Assembly: GCA_046075565.1 (NCBI GenBank)
Contig: JBJTQJ010000021.1
Coordinates: forward strand, 36,875 to 100,874
Reading direction: 5' to 3'
From: Verrucomicrobiales bacterium
GTDB lineage: Bacteria > Verrucomicrobiota > Verrucomicrobiia > Verrucomicrobiales > SLCJ01
Length of the DNA: 64,000 nt
Position numbers and translations under genes: made by a program. This document shows positions 9,574 through 19,513 of the stretch, piece after piece. Position 1 is the stretch's first letter. The number at the start of each line of letters is the position of its first letter. The notes under the pieces were generated by a model. The model saw only the letters and a list, made by a program, of their open reading frames with translations. It was not told the origin of the DNA and did no database searches.

Positions 9574-10302
9574 TCACGCGAGCCCTGATTTATCGAGCAC
9601 GGCCTGCAGATTCTCCGGCAAAGGAGCAGTGACGCGCAGGCTTTTGCCGGTGACAGGATGGGTGAAGGCCAGTCGCGAAGCGTGAAGGAAAATCCGTTTG
9701 AGCCCGAGTTCTTTTTTCGCCCAGCGGTTGAGGGCGAAGTCGCCATAGACATCGTCGCCGAGCACGGGATGGCTGCGGCTAGCCGCCTGCACCCGGATCT
9801 GATGGGTGCGACCGGTGACGAGTTCGATTTCGATGAAGGAGAGGCGAAGCGAGGGCTGTTGGCGCAAGGCGCGGAAATGCAGCTCGGCATTGATAGGTGC
9901 CCCGGGCACGACGGTCGTGCGCACTTTGCCGCGTCCGCGCGCGAACCCGAGGGCATCTTTCCAATCCCCGTGCGGGCGGGTGGGGCCGGAGACAACCGCG
10001 TGGTAGGATTTGCCGACTTTTCCCGCTTCGAAAGCCGCACGCAGGGCCATGGCGGTGGATTCATCGCGGGCCGCAAGCAGGCAACCCGAGGTGTCCTGGT
10101 CGATGCGGTGGATCAACCAGACGGGGCCCGCCGGGCCATCGAAGCGGCGGGCTTCCTCCCGGTAGGTGCCTTGGAAAGCGGATGGCGCGGATACGGGGCC
10201 CGGATTCGGGTGCGAGAGAGTGCCCGGCGGTTTATCGACGACGATGATGTGTTCATCGCTCCACAAGACGAGGCAGGAGGTGGGTGGAACAGGTTGGGCC
10301 AT
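9574..10302 (-). CDS. RluA family pseudouridine synthase
   Basis: VDKPPG, HRIDQDTSG, TGRTHQIRVQ, HPVLGD, LHA; start codon uncertain (10302 or 10317). Confidence 0.92.
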   Translation of the reverse strand: MAQPVPPTSCLVLWSDEHIIVVDKPPGTLSHPNPGPVSAPSAFQGTYREEARRFDGPAGPVWLIHRIDQDTSGCLLAARDESTAMALRAAFEAGKVGKSYHAVVSGPTRPHGDWKDALGFARGRGKVRTTVVPGAPINAELHFRALRQQPSLRLSFIEIELVTGRTHQIRVQAASRSHPVLGDDVYGDFALNRWAKKELGLKRIFLHASRLAFTHPVTGKSLRVTAPLPENLQAVLDKSGLA

Positions 10303-10396
10303 GCAGGCGGTATCCATCGCCCCGATGCGGGGAGACTGCAAAGCCGGAATCTTTGGGGTGCAGGACGAAACAGACATCTCTGCCGCATTCCTCCCT

Positions 10397-10471
10397 CGCT
10401 GGAGTTCCGGGTTTACCCGGCCCGCGCGAGTCCCCATCGGCCATGAGCCGCCTGAAGGCGGAACTCCAACG
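10397..10471. repeat. REP doublet (TGGAGTTCC family)
   Basis: CTGGAGTTCCGGGTTTACCCGG ... CCGCCTGAAGGCGGAACTCCAA: two inverted tagged hairpins between divergent genes. Confidence 0.7.
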
Positions 10472-10612
10472 CGGGAGGACAAGAGGCAGGCCAAGCCGTT
10501 CCGGTTCACGCCTTGTCTTTTTGTCCCGCACCCGAATCTCGCGGAAACCGACGTCTGTGATTGACGCCCCGCCGTTCTGTTCCCTATCTTTGGGTCCCAT
10601 CCCGATAATCCC

Positions 10613-12457
10613 ATGACCCAATCCGCCCGTGCGTTCAGTGAAAAAAAGGCCGCGGTGGTCCGCTTTGCGGGCGACTCCGGCGATGGTATGCAGGTTGTTG
10701 GCGAGCGATTCACCGACACCAGCGTTACCGTGCCCAATGCCATCGCGACCTTTCCCGATTATCCGGCGGAAATCCGCGCTCCCGTCGGCACCATCGCCGG
10801 GGTCTCGGCTTTCCAAGTTCACTTCGGTAGCCAGACCGTATTGACCCCGGGCGATGAACCGGACGCGCTCGTGGCCATGAACCCGGCAGCGCTGGCCGTG
10901 CATCTCTGCGATCTCGCCGAAGGTGGTCTGCTTATCGTGAACTCTTCATCCTTTACCGAGGAAAATCTGAAGATGGCGGGCTTCGCCAGCAATCCGCTTG
11001 ATGATGATTCGCTGCGCAAAAAATACGAACTGGTTTCCATCGACGTCAGCGGCCTCACCTTGGAGGCGCTTAAGGAAAACCCGATTACACAAAAGGAAAA
11101 ACTCCGCACCAAGAACTTCTTCGCCCTCGGATTCTCCTACTGGGTTTACGGTCGTCCCCTTGAGCCGACCATCAAGTTCATCACGGACAAGTGGGGGAAA
11201 AAGGCGCCCGATGTGGCCGCCGCCAACGTCGCCGTGCTCAAAGCCGGTTATTTCCTCGGCGAAACCACCGAGATCACGCGCAACCGCTACATGATTGCCC
11301 GTGCGGAAGTCGAACCGGGCACCTATCGGAAAATCTCCGGCAATGAAGCGGCCGCATTGGGGCTGATTGCCGCCGCAAAAAAAGCCGGACGTGAGATGCT
11401 TTTCGCCGGTTATCCGATCACACCCGCATCATCGGTGCTGGAAGCGCTGGCTTCATTCAAACACTTCGGCGTGAAGACCGTGCAAGCGGAGGATGAAATC
11501 GCCGCCATCGGGGTGGCGATTGGTGGAAGCTTCGCCGGCAAGATCGGTGTTACCGCCACCAGCGGACCCGGGATGTGCTTGAAGAGCGAATTCATCGGCC
11601 TTGCCATCTCGACCGAGTTGCCGCTCGTCATTCTGAATATCCAACGCGGCGGACCCAGCACCGGCCTGCCCACCAAGACCGAGCAATCGGATTTGTTGCA
11701 AGCCCTCTACGGTCGCCATGGCGAAAGCCCGCTGCCCATCGTCGCGGCCAATTCACCCTCCGATTGTTTCCGCGCCGCTTTCGAGGCCGTGCGCATCGCG
11801 CTCGAATACTCCACGCCTGTCATTCTGCTTTCCGATGGTTATCTCGCCAATGGCTCCGAGCCATGGAAGATCCCGGATGAAGCGGACTTGCCCGCCATCG
11901 TGAAACCCTTCGCCGATCCTTCGAAGCCTTATGTCACCTTCGCGCGGGACCCTGTGACACTCGCCCGCACCCAGGCCATTCCCGGCCAACCCGGATTGGA
12001 ACACCGCATCGGTGGCCTCGAGAAAAATGAAAAAGGCGGCATCAGCTACGATGCGGAAAACCACAGCGTGATGACCGGGCTGCGCGCGGCGAAAGTCGCG
12101 GCTGTTTCCAAGTCCATTCCACCGATGAATGTCTTCGGCGAACGCACGGGCAAAGTGCTCGTGCTCGGATGGGGTGGCACCCACGGCGCGATCACCACCG
12201 CAGTGCAAACGCTGCAAGCGGAAGGATTTTCCGTATCCAGCGCCAGCGTGCGTTACCTCAACCCGCTGCCGCCTGATTTGGGTGACCTCATCAAAGGCTT
12301 CGACAAGGTTCTCGTCCCCGAACTCAACCTCGGCCAGTTGTCCTTCATCATCCGTTCGATCTATCTGGTGGATGCCATCTCCATGGGCAAGGTTAAAGGC
12401 CGGCCCTTCAAGGTGTCCGAAATCCGCGAACGCATCCTCGAAATCCTCAACCATTGA
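10613..12457 (+). CDS. korA: 2-oxoacid:ferredoxin oxidoreductase alpha subunit (fused gamma-alpha)
   Basis: RFAGDSGDGMQ, AGYPITP, QAEDEIAA, TSGPG, QRGGPSTGLPT. Confidence 0.93.
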   Translation: MTQSARAFSEKKAAVVRFAGDSGDGMQVVGERFTDTSVTVPNAIATFPDYPAEIRAPVGTIAGVSAFQVHFGSQTVLTPGDEPDALVAMNPAALAVHLCDLAEGGLLIVNSSSFTEENLKMAGFASNPLDDDSLRKKYELVSIDVSGLTLEALKENPITQKEKLRTKNFFALGFSYWVYGRPLEPTIKFITDKWGKKAPDVAAANVAVLKAGYFLGETTEITRNRYMIARAEVEPGTYRKISGNEAAALGLIAAAKKAGREMLFAGYPITPASSVLEALASFKHFGVKTVQAEDEIAAIGVAIGGSFAGKIGVTATSGPGMCLKSEFIGLAISTELPLVILNIQRGGPSTGLPTKTEQSDLLQALYGRHGESPLPIVAANSPSDCFRAAFEAVRIALEYSTPVILLSDGYLANGSEPWKIPDEADLPAIVKPFADPSKPYVTFARDPVTLARTQAIPGQPGLEHRIGGLEKNEKGGISYDAENHSVMTGLRAAKVAAVSKSIPPMNVFGERTGKVLVLGWGGTHGAITTAVQTLQAEGFSVSSASVRYLNPLPPDLGDLIKGFDKVLVPELNLGQLSFIIRSIYLVDAISMGKVKGRPFKVSEIRERILEILNH

Positions 12458-12462
12458 TTCCC

Positions 12463-13485
12463 ATGTCCGAAGCACTTCAAACCCAACCAGATCGTCCCGC
12501 GCTCACGCGCATGGATTTTGTGCCTCCCGGCGATGTGCGATGGTGCCCTGGCTGCGGGGACTACGCCATCCTCAATTCCCTGCAACGCACCTTGCCGGAG
12601 TTGGGAATTCCGCGGGAGAATTATGTCATCATCTCCGGCATCGGTTGCTCCAGCCGTTTCCCCTACTACATGCAGACTTATGGGTTCCACACCATTCACG
12701 GGCGCGCGCCATCGGTCGCCACCGGGGTCAAGGTGGCGAATCCGGATCTCTCCGTGTGGTTGGTCACCGGTGATGGCGACGGACTGAGCATTGGCGGCAA
12801 TCATTTGCTCCATCTGCTCCGCCGCAACCTCGATGTCACGGTTCTTCTTTTCAATAACCGCATCTACGGACTCACCAAAGGCCAATACAGCCCGACCTCG
12901 CCCGCGGGCACACGCACGAAGACGACGCCGTCGGGTTCGATCGACCATCCGATCAATCCCATCCTCTTCGCTCTCGGTGCGGAAGCCACCTTCATCGCCC
13001 GCACGATTGACAACAACCCGAAACACATGGTCGAGACGTTCAAAGCCGCCCATGCCCACAAGGGGGTTTCGTTCGTCGAAATCATGCAGAACTGCGTGAT
13101 TTTCAACGACGGCGCATGGGATCCCATCTACGCGAAAGAGAACCGGGAAATGAATCTGCTTCCGCTTGAAGCGGGCAAACCCTTGCTGTTCGGCAAAAAC
13201 AAGGAGAAGGGCATCCGCCTCAACGGGCTCATGCCGGAAATCGTGGACGCGGGATCTCCAGATATCTTCACCCACCAGCCCGACCATTCCAGCCCGTTGT
13301 ATTCCCAAATGCTGGCCGATTTCGGCCTGCCGGATTTCCCCACGCCCATCGGTGTGATCCGCCAGATCCAGCGGCCGACCTACGAAGCCATGATCGAGGA
13401 GCAAACCCAAGCCGCCAAAGCAAAACGCGGCGAAGGCAGTTGGGGGGAATTGCTCCACGGAGACTCGACCTGGACGGTGGAGTGA
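12463..13485 (+). CDS. korB: 2-oxoacid:ferredoxin oxidoreductase beta subunit
   Basis: WCPGCGD, SGIGCS, HGRA, GDGD..SIGGNH, NNRIYGLTKGQYSPT. Confidence 0.93.
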   Translation: MSEALQTQPDRPALTRMDFVPPGDVRWCPGCGDYAILNSLQRTLPELGIPRENYVIISGIGCSSRFPYYMQTYGFHTIHGRAPSVATGVKVANPDLSVWLVTGDGDGLSIGGNHLLHLLRRNLDVTVLLFNNRIYGLTKGQYSPTSPAGTRTKTTPSGSIDHPINPILFALGAEATFIARTIDNNPKHMVETFKAAHAHKGVSFVEIMQNCVIFNDGAWDPIYAKENREMNLLPLEAGKPLLFGKNKEKGIRLNGLMPEIVDAGSPDIFTHQPDHSSPLYSQMLADFGLPDFPTPIGVIRQIQRPTYEAMIEEQTQAAKAKRGEGSWGELLHGDSTWTVE

Positions 13486-13533
13486 GGAGGGGGCGCCACG
13501 CATTGGCTCTCCCGAATTCATCTCGTTCTCACT

Positions 13534-13659
13534 GACCGCTGGGGACAGCGGTCCCTGCCTGTCGAATGGAAGGTTGCGCCTCATGGCCGTGCGCCGCCAT
13601 CGCCCTTCGACTCCACCGGCCGAACAATATAGGCAGGGACGTTTGTCTCAAACGTCCGC
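13534..13659. repeat. REP pair (GGCAGGGAC family), copy 1
   Basis: GACCGCTGGGGACAGCGGTCCCTGCC (13534-13559) and GGCAGGGACGTTTGTCTCAAACGTCCGC (13632-13659); both units recur at 16756-16861. Confidence 0.8.
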
Positions 13660-13820
13660 AGGAGAGGAGCAACAACATCCCCCGGCCCGGCCTGCCGGGG
13701 ACGCCGGTCGCCAGAAACTCCCTTCGCCGACGCATCTCCCACATGATGGGCGCCCATGCGCCCGGCAACAACCGCCTTCCCGGTTGAACGCGTGCCGGAT
13801 CCGGCGCAAGATTGTCGTCC

Positions 13821-14963
13821 ATGGGCTGCGGATGCGAGCAAAAGGACCAACCATCCCTGCCGGTGGAGACACCGGTCGGACCGTCCTGCTGTGGCGGCGC
13901 GCCTGAACCAACCGTCCCTGCTGCCGGTGATTCCTGTGGCACGCCCGCCGGCCGCCCGGATTGGCTGCTGCGCTTCGGTCTGCTCGGTTGCGCGCTCGCC
14001 TGCTTTTTCCGCTTCGCCGTCCCGGCGCAGATGTTGGCTCCGAAGTTGCATCATTTCGCGTATGGTAGCGTCGAGTTGTTAGGAAAGATGTGGTGGGGCC
14101 TGGCGGCGGGTATCTTTTTCGTCGGATTGCTGGCCAGCGTGCCGCGCGAACTCGTGCTCGGCGTGCTCGGTCCGGGCGGCAAATGGAGCGGTCTCGGCCG
14201 GGCCGTCGGTGCGGGTGTCCTGCTCGATCTTTGCTCGCACGGCATCCTGCTCGTCGGCATGCAACTCTACCGTCGCGGAGCCAGCCTCGGGCAGACCGCC
14301 GCATTTCTCATCGCCAGTCCGTGGAATTCCATTTCGCTCACCTTCATTCTCATCGCGCTCATCGGTTTGCCATGGACCCTCTGCTTCATCCTGCTTTCGG
14401 CGGTGGTGGCCATGATCGCGGGTGCCTTCCTCGATCGCTGTGTGGCCCGAGGCACTCTCCCGGCCAATCCGAATGCCCACACCTTGCCGGAAGACTTCCG
14501 CTTCTGGAAATCACTGGCCGCATCCTGGCGCGCCGCCCGGTTCGATTGGAAATTCTGGACCAACTCCCTCGGCACCGGTCTGCGCGAATCGAAAATGATC
14601 CTGCGCTGGATCTTCATCGGCGTGCTCATGGCGGCCGCCCTGCGCGCCTTCCTCGACACCACCCACTTCCAGCAATACTTCGGGCCGACCCTGATGGGCT
14701 TGATGATCACCATCGTCGCGACCACCATCATTGAAGTTTGCTCCGAAGGTTCCAGCCCCATCGCCGCCGATTTGCTCCAGCGCGCCCACGCGCCCGGCAA
14801 TGCCTTCGCCTTCCTCATGGCTGGCGTCGCCACCGACTACACCGAAATCATGGGCCTGAAGGAAACCACCCGTTCTTGGAAAATCGCGCTTTTCCTCCCC
14901 CTCGTCACCGTGCCGCAAGTGATCGTGATCGGGTGGATCTTGAATCAGTTCCACGGACACTGA
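13821..14963 (+). CDS. Permease, ArsP/DUF318 family, with Cys-rich N-terminus
   Basis: LDLCSHG, FLIASP, EVCSEGSSPIA, APGNAFAFLMAG; N-terminal CGC...SCC...C. Confidence 0.85.
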   Translation: MGCGCEQKDQPSLPVETPVGPSCCGGAPEPTVPAAGDSCGTPAGRPDWLLRFGLLGCALACFFRFAVPAQMLAPKLHHFAYGSVELLGKMWWGLAAGIFFVGLLASVPRELVLGVLGPGGKWSGLGRAVGAGVLLDLCSHGILLVGMQLYRRGASLGQTAAFLIASPWNSISLTFILIALIGLPWTLCFILLSAVVAMIAGAFLDRCVARGTLPANPNAHTLPEDFRFWKSLAASWRAARFDWKFWTNSLGTGLRESKMILRWIFIGVLMAAALRAFLDTTHFQQYFGPTLMGLMITIVATTIIEVCSEGSSPIAADLLQRAHAPGNAFAFLMAGVATDYTEIMGLKETTRSWKIALFLPLVTVPQVIVIGWILNQFHGH

Positions 14964-14995
14964 GCACGGCGGCGTATGCCGAATTTCGGAATGAG

Positions 14996-15024
14996 AACCA
15001 CGGATAACACAGATGAGCACGGAT
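14996..15024 (+). repeat. Periodic repeat arm (CACGGAT/CACAGAT variant of the 8020 family)
   Basis: AACCACGGATAACACAGATGAGCACGGAT. Confidence 0.65.
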
Positions 15025-15097
15025 AATGAGGATGTTATGGAAGGAATTTGGCCAAAGATGCCCATCTGGATGCGCCCGCTTGCATTTCCCTTCCTCG

Positions 15098-15286
15098 GAG
15101 CGAGTATTGGCCATGCATCAGATGCGGGAGAGGATGTCTTTGGAACCCCACCGGGTGGCAGCGCAAGTTGATGCACACATTACGGCTATCGACCAGCAGA
15201 ATGACCGCCCAGTCTGCGCACGCTATGGTCTGTCCGCGGAGGAATCGTGGCTTTTGGAGAAAGCTTCCGCCAACCAGATGGCATGA
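15098..15286 (+). pseudogene. Remnant C-terminus of a type IIG (Eco57I/TaqI-like) restriction-modification enzyme
   Basis: ERVLAMHQ...QVDAHITAIDQQNDRPVCARYGLSAEESWLLE resembles the typical terminal pattern ERMLALH...QIDATDRQIDQLVYELYGLTEEEI; no upstream catalytic part. Confidence 0.6.
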
Positions 15287-15870
15287 ACCGGGACAAGATC
15301 ATCATCATCATTGCGGGACCGAATGAGGCGGGCAAAACGACCTTCGCGAGGGAGTTTTTGCCGCGCCACGGCATGACCGAGTCTCTCAATGCGGATTTGA
15401 TTGCCGCCGGTCTCTCTCCTCTTCGCCCGGAAGCGTCGGCTATTGCTGCAGGTTGCCTGCTACTTCGACTTTGGAAGAACCATGCCGAGAAGGGCACCAG
15501 CTTTGCTTTCGAATCGACCCTGAGCGGCCACACCTACGCGGCCATGCTGAGGAAAGCGAAGTCAGACGGCTACATCATCGCTATTCACTACCTCTGGGTG
15601 CCTTCGGTTCAGATCTGCCTTCGTCGTGTGCGGAACCGAGTCAGGAAGGGTGGGCATCATGTTCCAGACGAGGATGTTCGTCGACGGCACCCGTTGAGTT
15701 TGCGCAATCTCCTAGGCACTTACCTGCCGCTTGCGGACTCCGCAGAATTATGGGACGTTTCCGGTAGTCCTCCCTGCCTCGTCACTTCCTGGCAAGACCA
15801 GGTTTCCACCATTCACCACCCCGAACGTCATGCGCTCATCCAAGCACAAAATTCCCGCAACCAAGGCTGA
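15283..15870 (+). CDS. Zeta-toxin-like / AAA_33 P-loop ATPase
   Basis: IIAGPNEAGKTT, NADLIAAGLSP, FAFESTLSG, RVRKGGH.VP; ATGA overlap with the R-M remnant. Confidence 0.85.
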   Translation: MNRDKIIIIIAGPNEAGKTTFAREFLPRHGMTESLNADLIAAGLSPLRPEASAIAAGCLLLRLWKNHAEKGTSFAFESTLSGHTYAAMLRKAKSDGYIIAIHYLWVPSVQICLRRVRNRVRKGGHHVPDEDVRRRHPLSLRNLLGTYLPLADSAELWDVSGSPPCLVTSWQDQVSTIHHPERHALIQAQNSRNQG

Positions 15871-15994
15871 AAAGCCTCCGGGCGTCCGTTTGGTGGAGAA
15901 AGCCTTGCGAGAAGCCCAGCGAAAGGCGATCCAAGAGGACTTACGGTTCGGCCTCAAGCCGGTTCTGTCCAAGTCAGCTTCTCCAGGAAGATAG
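15830..15994 (+). CDS. Small protein, putative partner/antitoxin of the zeta-like ATPase
   Basis: 54 aa, overlaps the ATPase 3' end; ALREAQRKAIQEDLRFGLKPV resembles small proteins found after this ATPase family. Confidence 0.55.
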   Translation: MRSSKHKIPATKAEKPPGVRLVEKALREAQRKAIQEDLRFGLKPVLSKSASPGR

Positions 15995-16138
15995 GAAGCG
16001 CGAGCGCGGCCTTGACCAGAGAGGAGAGAGCCGCGGTCTAGGAGAACATAGATTTGTGATCGGACTGCGAGCAGTCTGACCTTTTTCTTTCCACCGGGCG
16101 TGAATGGGTGCATGATGCGGAGTAACCCATATTCTCCC

Positions 16139-16654
16139 ATGCTCCGACACGTCCTTACATTGATTGGCCCCGACCGTTCTGGTATCATCAGCACTTTGGC
16201 GGAAGGAGTGCGGGAATTGGGTGGCAACTGGCGGGCGAGCCGATTGGCGCGCTTGGCCGGGCAATTCGCCGGGGTGGTGGAGTTCGATTTGCCGGAAGCG
16301 CGGGCGGCTGACTTGGAGGGTTTGCTCGGACATTTGCGGGTCTCCGGGCTGGCGGTGAATGTGCACCGCGGGGAGTCGGTCGTGCCGACCGGTGGCTCGT
16401 TGTGGCATATCGACTTGTTGGGCAATGATCGGCCGGGTATCGTGCGCGAGGTGAGCCGCGCCGTGGCGACAGCGGGTGGAAACGTCGAGGACTGGGAATC
16501 GCGGGTGAACAGCTCTCCGATGAGCGGGACTCCGCTTTTTGAATTGCAAGGTTCGGTGCGGTTGCCCGATAACGCCGATCCCGCGCAATTGCGGCGCGCG
16601 CTCGAAGCGCTGGGCGCGGATCTTTCGGTGGATATCCGCCTGACCGCCGATTGA
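16139..16654 (+). CDS. Tandem ACT-domain protein (GcvR-like)
   Basis: Two ACT repeats: GPDRSGII...GGNW and GNDRPGIV...GGNV. Confidence 0.88.
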   Translation: MLRHVLTLIGPDRSGIISTLAEGVRELGGNWRASRLARLAGQFAGVVEFDLPEARAADLEGLLGHLRVSGLAVNVHRGESVVPTGGSLWHIDLLGNDRPGIVREVSRAVATAGGNVEDWESRVNSSPMSGTPLFELQGSVRLPDNADPAQLRRALEALGADLSVDIRLTAD

Positions 16655-16755
16655 GGGATTTCTCCCGCTTCACATAAACGATGGATTGTTGGAACTTCTT
16701 CGGCTTTTTTGTCACGGGCCGCCCCGCCATCACTCGCTGCGATTCAAGCGACAAA

Positions 16756-16861
16756 GGCAGGGACGTTTGTCCTCAAACGTCCGCGGGCGATGATTGGCCG
16801 TTCTTTGGTGCTCCGGTTTACCTCACAAGCTCGCGGACCGCTAGGGACAGCGGTCCCTGCC
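16756..16861. repeat. REP doublet (GGCAGGGAC family), copy 2
   Basis: GGCAGGGACGTTTGTCCTCAAACGTCCGC ... GCGGACCGCTAGGGACAGCGGTCCCTGCC. Confidence 0.8.
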
Positions 16862-16937
16862 GTTTTGAAGGGACGGGCGAAACTTGGGCAACGACCAGCC
16901 GCTGGATGAGGTGGGATAGCACCATAATCCCTTGAAA

Positions 16938-16967
16938 ATTCGTGCTTATTCGTGTCCTTTCGTGGTT
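16938..16967 (-). repeat. Periodic repeat arm (CACGAA family)
   Basis: ATTCGTGCTTATTCGTGTCCTTTCGTGGTT, similar to 8132-8161. Confidence 0.7.
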
Positions 16968-16987
16968 TCACTTTCCTTTCAAGGTTC

Positions 16988-17905
16988 ATGCTCGCCCGTA
17001 TCAACGATGTCATCACACGCGGCTTCGCCATTCTCACGGTGGCGGGAGTGGCTTGGGCTTGGCTCGCGCCGGCCCATTTCATCTGGTTCCTGCCCTGGAT
17101 TGCTCCCGCGCTCGGGTTCATCATGCTCGGCATGGGCATCACACTGGGGCCTGACGACTTCCGCGAGGTGGCGCGGAGACCGGGTATGGTTGCCATCGGG
17201 GTGGCCGCGCAGTATGGGATCATGCCTTTGTTAGGCTGGAGTGTGGCGGCCATGTTGCGGTTGCCTCCGGGCCTGGCGGCGGGATTGATCTTGGTTGCTT
17301 GTTGCCCCGGGGGCACGGCCTCGAACGTGATCACTTGGCTCGCCCGCGGCCAAGTCGGGCTTTCGGTGGTGCTGACCGCTTGCTCGACATTGCTGGCGGC
17401 GGTGGTCACGCCCTTGCTCACAAGTTGGTTGGCCGGTCATTACCTGCCCGTGGACGCGGGGAAACTTTTTCTCGATACCGCGCAGGTCGTTTTGTTGCCG
17501 GTGTTGATCGGCGTGGTGCTGAACCAGAGGGCACCCAAACTGGCGCGTCCGGTGGCGGCGATTTCGCCCGCGATTTCGGTTTTGCTCATCATCCTGGTGG
17601 TGGGATCGATCGTGGCGAAAAACAAGGACGCCATCGCGGCCTCCGCGGGGGTGCTCGCGCTCGCGGTCTTCCTGCTTCATGCCGGAGGATTTTCCCTCGG
17701 CTATCTCCTCTCGCGGTTGCTTGGTCACCCGGAACCTGTCCGGAGGACACTGGCCATCGAGGTCGGCATGCAGAACTCCGGGCTCGGGGCGACCTTGGCT
17801 CGACACCTGCCCGACCCGCTCGCACCTGTGCCGTCGGCCCTATCGGCGGTCTGCCACTGCCTGATCGGGAGTTTCCTCGCGGCCGTGTGGCGCAGGAGAG
17901 GGTGA
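16988..17905 (+). CDS. Bile acid:sodium symporter (BASS) family transporter
   Basis: IMLGMGITL, QYGIMP, CCPGGTASNV, IEVGMQNSGL. Confidence 0.92.
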   Translation: MLARINDVITRGFAILTVAGVAWAWLAPAHFIWFLPWIAPALGFIMLGMGITLGPDDFREVARRPGMVAIGVAAQYGIMPLLGWSVAAMLRLPPGLAAGLILVACCPGGTASNVITWLARGQVGLSVVLTACSTLLAAVVTPLLTSWLAGHYLPVDAGKLFLDTAQVVLLPVLIGVVLNQRAPKLARPVAAISPAISVLLIILVVGSIVAKNKDAIAASAGVLALAVFLLHAGGFSLGYLLSRLLGHPEPVRRTLAIEVGMQNSGLGATLARHLPDPLAPVPSALSAVCHCLIGSFLAAVWRRRG

Positions 17906-17986
17906 GCATTTCCGGAGAATAGCCAGCGGCAATCGCGGTGGAAATGCCCGAGGTAAAATCCATCGGTCCCAGTCCGTCCGAAACCT

Positions 17987-18009
17987 GTAGCGGCGGTCTA
18001 TGACCGTCG
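17987..18009 (+). repeat. Single GTAG-tagged REP
   Basis: GTAG-CGGCGGTC-TAT-GACCGTCG hairpin. Confidence 0.55.
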
Positions 18010-18083
18010 GTGGCTTTCCGAGCCCCTTCCAGCCAAAACCGGTCGAGGTTGTCATTCGCCCGCCGCCTGCTACGGTATTGGCC

Positions 18084-19448
18084 ATGTTTTCCCAACTCCA
18101 GGACCGCCTCGAGGGCGTCTTCAAAACCTTACGCGGCCACGGCAAGCTGAGCGAGCGCAACGTCGCTGATGCCACCCGTGAAATCCGCATGGCCTTGTTG
18201 GAGGCCGATGTGGACTTCGCCGTGACCAAGCTGCTCATCGACAAGGTAAAGGAAGAGGCATTGGGCGATAAGGTGCTCAAGTCCATCACGCCCGGCCAGC
18301 AGATGGTGAAGGTTTTCAACGACGCGCTCGTGGATATCCTCGGGGGAGATTCGGTCGGCTTGGATCTCACACCTCCGGCGCGGATTCTCATGGTCGGCCT
18401 GAATGGCGCGGGAAAAACCACGACCACCGGCAAACTCGCGCTTTGGATGAAGAAGCAGGGGCGGCGGCCGCTACTGGTGGCTTGCGATTTGTATCGCCCG
18501 GCGGCGGTCGAACAATTAGCGACACTGGCCGGACAAATCGGCGTGCCTATCTACAAGCCCGCGCCCGGTGAAACCGACGTGCTGAAGGTGGCGCGCGATG
18601 CCATTGTCTGGTCGGCGACACAAAATGGCACGGCCATCATTTTCGATACCGCGGGTCGCCAGGAAATCGATGACGCGCTCATCCGCGAGTTGGAAAATCT
18701 TCAGAAATTCCTGCAATGCCGCGAGGTATTGCTCGTCGCCGACGCCGCCACCGGTCAACAGGCCGTGGATGTGGCGAAGCGATTCGATGAAGCCGTGGGC
18801 GTGACCGGTATCGTGCTCACCAAAATGGACGGCGATGCCCGCGGCGGCGCGGCCCTGAGCATGCGCCACGTTACGGGCAAACCGATCAAATTCGCGGGCA
18901 CAGGGGAAAAGTCGGATCAATTCGAGGTCTTCGATCCCTCGCGCTTGGCCGGGCGCATTCTCGGCATGGGCGACATTGTCGGTCTGGTCGAAAAAGCCGC
19001 CGAAGCCGTTGATACCGGCGACATGATGAAGATGGCCGAGAAGATGAAAACCGGCGGCCTCGACCTGAACGACTTCCTCGATCAATTGCGCATGATGCAG
19101 AAACTCGGTCCACTCGAAGGACTGCTCGGCATGCTGCCGGGCGTGGGCTCCAAGATCAAGGATATGAAGGTGGACGAAAAACGCATCAAACACGTCGAAG
19201 CCATCATCCTTTCGATGACCCCGAAAGAACGCACGAAGCCGGAAATCCTGAACGCAAAACGCCGCCTGCGTGTGGCCAAGGGATCCGGCACCAGCTTGGC
19301 CGCCGTCAACAATCTGCTGCGCCAGTTCGGAGACATGCGCAAGATGATGAAGAACAAAGGCAAGATGCGCCAGATGATGAAACAGTTCGGTGGCATGGGT
19401 GGACTCGGTGGCGGTGGGGGAGGTTTGCCCTTCGGACTGGGACGGTGA
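18084..19448 (+). CDS. ffh: Signal recognition particle protein
   Basis: GLNGAGKTTT, DLYRPAA, DTAGR, TKMDGDARGGAALS, Met-rich M domain. Confidence 0.97.
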   Translation: MFSQLQDRLEGVFKTLRGHGKLSERNVADATREIRMALLEADVDFAVTKLLIDKVKEEALGDKVLKSITPGQQMVKVFNDALVDILGGDSVGLDLTPPARILMVGLNGAGKTTTTGKLALWMKKQGRRPLLVACDLYRPAAVEQLATLAGQIGVPIYKPAPGETDVLKVARDAIVWSATQNGTAIIFDTAGRQEIDDALIRELENLQKFLQCREVLLVADAATGQQAVDVAKRFDEAVGVTGIVLTKMDGDARGGAALSMRHVTGKPIKFAGTGEKSDQFEVFDPSRLAGRILGMGDIVGLVEKAAEAVDTGDMMKMAEKMKTGGLDLNDFLDQLRMMQKLGPLEGLLGMLPGVGSKIKDMKVDEKRIKHVEAIILSMTPKERTKPEILNAKRRLRVAKGSGTSLAAVNNLLRQFGDMRKMMKNKGKMRQMMKQFGGMGGLGGGGGGLPFGLGR

Positions 19449-19513
19449 GCCGGGATCGTTCGCCCGGCATGGATGGCGATAACGCTGACCCGGATACCGT
19501 TCTGTTCGCACCC

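Noticed and set aside
17906..17946. Hairpin GCATTTCC...GGAAATGC upstream of ffh as SRP (4.5S) RNA
   Set aside because: It lacks the conserved SRP domain IV motif (CAGG..GGAA..AGCAGC)
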